DNA of 64,000 bases from Zygnema circumcarinatum SAG 698-1b. Its lineage: Eukaryota > Plantae > Zygnematophyceae. The notes below the pieces were generated by a model that saw only the letters and a list, made by a program, of their open reading frames with translations, was not told where the DNA came from and ran no database searches. Location of the stretch: positions 3,692,880 to 3,756,879 of the forward strand of contig CM074810.1 of the NCBI GenBank assembly GCA_037447605.1. Reading direction: 5' to 3'. Both the position numbers and the translations under genes were made by a program. Below are positions 56,371-64,000 of this stretch, piece by piece (the stretch's first letter is position 1; each line of letters begins with the position of its first letter).

Positions 56371-57358
56371 TCACACCTTCACACTACCAGATGCTCCCTG
56401 CAAACTGCATTGCAGTCGCCACAGCTTCAGTCCAACGCCCATCTGCACAAGAGCACAGCATATGTGCAAAGAGAAGAGAGTGAGAGCACGCGAGAGAGAC
56501 GGGGGAGATTGAGGAGAAGGGAGGGGGGAGGGGGAGGGGGAGGGAGAGGGAGGGGAGGGGAGGGGAGGGGAGGGGAGGGAGGGGGAGGGGAGGGAGGGGG
56601 AGGGGAGGGAGGGGGAGGGGAGGGGGAGGGGGAGGGGGAGGGAGGGGAGGGGGAGGGGAGGGGGAGGGGAGGGAGGGGGAGGGGAGGGAGAGGGAGAGGG
56701 GGAGGGGAGGGGAGGGGAGGGGAGGGGAGGGGAGGGGAGGGGAGGGGAGGGAGGGGGAGGGAGAGGGGAGGGGAGGGGAGGGGAGGGGAGGGGGAGGGAG
56801 GGTGGAGGGAGGGGAGGGAGGAGGGGAGGGGAGGGGGGAGGGGGAGGGGGAGGGAGAGGGGGAGGGGGAGGGGGAGGGGGAGGGGAGGGGGAGGGGGAGG
56901 GGGTGGTGGAGGGAAGGGGAGGGGGTGGTGGAGGGGTAGGGGGAGGAGGGGGAGGGGAGGGGGAGGGAAGGGGGAAGAGGAGGGGGAGGGGGAGGGGAGG
57001 GGGAGGGGAGGGGGAGGGGGAGGGGAGGGGGAGAAGGAGGGGGAGGGGGAGGGGAGGGGGAGGGGGAGGGGGAGGGGGAGGGGGAGGGAAGGGGGAGGGG
57101 GAGGGAAAGGGAGGAGGGAGGGGAGGGGAGGGGAGGGGAGGGGGAGGGGGAGGGGAGGGGAGGGAGTGGAGAGAAAGAGAGAGCGAGAGAGTGAGTGAGA
57201 GAGACCATTGGATGTGAGCGACTACAACAGTTTTTGAAGAAACTGGTGAAGAGTTCAGATTTGAACCTCGCAGAGGTCCCTTCACTTGCGAGGAGGTGCA
57301 GGTGGAGGGGTCTTGGCGAGGGGAGGAGGGCTGCGTTTAGGGAGGCCATGGCTGCCAC
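56371..57358 (-). CDS. Possible short gene with a plastid transit-peptide-like first exon
   Basis: Exon 57206-57358 (MAAMASLNAALLPSPRPL...) ends at a GT donor. A pyrimidine-rich intron follows, then a TGTGCAG acceptor near 56445 giving MGVGLKLWRLQCSLQGASGSVKV. No recognisable domain. Confidence 0.3.
56515..57190 (+). repeat. Nearly pure polypurine (GGGGA/GGGA)n tract
   Basis: About 670 bp almost entirely G and A, with G3-G5 runs. Confidence 0.9.
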
Positions 57359-58586
57359 CGGGTGTCCCTATTCAGTCAACACACGAACAAGAAGGAGAGT
57401 TAACAACACGCTGCACGCGCCCCTTGGTGCGAGGCAACCACAAAATGAATAAATCATGACGAAAACATGACTAAAACGTGACTAAGTCCTAAGCAGGTCT
57501 TCGGAAGAGATTGAGACGAGAAGCTTTGGTTCAACATCCAATGCAATACTTAAGACTTACAAGGGATACACGCCTTCTTGTTGGCCGAAGCTGCGTAACC
57601 AGAGTTGCATTTGCAGGTTTTGGTTTTCAAGTCACATGTGCCTGCTCCTGAGCATATTCCCCCAGCTTGAGTGACGTCACAGAAGCTCTTGCATACTGAG
57701 AGACTTTTTTGAGGCTGATCCGGGTCATAATAGTCGCAATATGAAGGATACTCATCCCAAAGGCAGTTATATATGGAACGGGGGCTGAAGACGCAGTTCC
57801 CAGAGTAGTCCACGACTCCACCGATATCTGAATAAACAAACCACAAAAGTGAAATAGGGCCCGTCAAGTAGTTGTTCGCGAGGTACATGTCGACCCCCTT
57901 CATCGAGAGCATGTCAACTCCGCCAACGAGGAAGTTGTTGTTCAATGTTCTGCCACAAAAAAACAGAAAAAAAAAAAAAGAAAAAAAAAACACACACACA
58001 CACACACACACAAACATTCGCAAGCAAGTTTTCTCAGTTTCAGTTTGACGGTAAACGGTCAACATGACAGGTATGATACATGAAGAAGGGGGTGCCTAGT
58101 TCTAGAGAAGCTCCACGTGGCCTGGAGACATTGGAGAGAGAGTGGAAGGGTGAGAGAGAGAGAGAGAGAGAGAGAGNNNNNNNNNNGGAGGGGGAGGGGG
58201 AGTGGGAGAGAAAGAGAGAGCGAGAGAGTGAGTGAGAGAGACCATTGGATGTGAGCGACTACAACAGTTTTTGAAGAAACTGGTGAAGAGTTCAGATTTG
58301 AACCTCGCAGAGGTCCCTTCACTTGCGAGGAGGTGCAGGTGGAGGGGTCTTGGCGAGGGGAGGAGGGCTGCGTTTAGGGAGGCCATGGCTGCCACCGGGT
58401 GTCCCTATTCAGTCAACACACGAACAAGAAGGAGAGTTAACAACACGCTGCACGCGCCCCTTGGTGCGAGGCAACCACAAAATGAATAAATCATGACGAA
58501 AACATGACTAAAACGTGACTAAGTCCTAAGCAGGTCTTCGGAAGAGATTGAGACGAGAAGCTTTGGTTCAACATCCAATGCAATAC

Positions 58587-63418
<4,832 letters not shown>

Positions 63419-64000
63419 GTCAGCCATCAGTTCTCACACCCCCCCCCCCACCTCTGAGCCGCCAGTTCAGTCACACGCAACAGCCATGGAACCCGACACC
63501 TGCCTCAGCCCGCTCACCGTGCGAGCGCCTCTACATTCTTTCCCTCCGCCATCACTCTTCCTCCTCTTCTCGCCCTATAGTCCTCTTTCCCTCTCTCCCT
63601 CTCTCTCCCTCTCCCTCTCTCCCTCCCTCCCTCCCGACTGTCCTCGCTGTAAAGGAGATGTTTACCGCGTGAGCCTTATCTGTTATCTCATCCCCCGCGC
63701 TTATTACCGGCACCGCCTGTTTGGCGCGTAGCGCGTTACGGTCCCTCGCGGTCTCGCGCGGTCCCGTTCGGGTCAACTCCCCGTGGTTCCTTTGCCGCCG
63801 GCCGTACGGAAATGATGGGCTTCTCTCCTCCACTAGGCCGTATTGCTACTTTGCTAGGCGCAACAAAAAGTCGGTGGTACGTGCTCGTCAGCACGAGTAC
63901 CACAGTACAGTATTACGACGGTACAGTACCACATTACGCAAAATCAAAGAGAAATCTGATGATGATTTGATGGCCTCGCCATCGTGAGATCAATACTGTA

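Noticed and set aside
56371-57285. Extensin/pherophorin-like Pro-rich or Gly/Arg-rich ORFs
   Set aside because: They arise from a stop-free G/A-only tract that is open in several frames on both strands, with no signal peptide or codon diversity.

Overview
Intron-rich eukaryotic nuclear DNA from a green plant lineage. A streptophyte alga, possibly Zygnematophyceae, is inferred from plant-type genes, TTTAGGG-type repeats and CT/GA-rich introns. Genes reconstructed by hand from GT-AG boundaries: plastid disproportionating enzyme DPE1 (+, one catalytic exon missing), a Cys-rich secreted protein resembling the zygote-specific class V family (-), a small membrane protein (+), RabC/Rab18 (-), a small heat-shock protein with an extreme His/Gly-rich N-terminus (-), CDSP32 thioredoxin (+), a coiled-coil membrane protein (+), mitochondrial gamma carbonic anhydrase (-) and a secreted LRR plus EGF-like protein (-). 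From 18.3 to 35 kb lies a nested transposon stack: a hAT transposase split by Ty1/copia element A (TSD TTTAA), which is split by inverted copia B (TSD GCCAC), and then hit by Ty3/gypsy sequences including a chromovirus. At 10.7-12.4 kb there are three non-autonomous hAT elements, one nested inside another. Introns carry telomere-like arrays, (CT)n/(GA)n tracts and minisatellites. The draft assembly has many N gaps, an indel-rich TE block and a probable false 1037-bp duplication. Most long low-complexity ORFs in the supplied track are repeat artefacts. The best candidates for new biology are the His-rich sHSP, the anchorless LRR-EGF protein, the CxxS first domain of CDSP32, the exon-scale GC3 mosaic and a hairpin-capped dispersed element that seeded a minisatellite.
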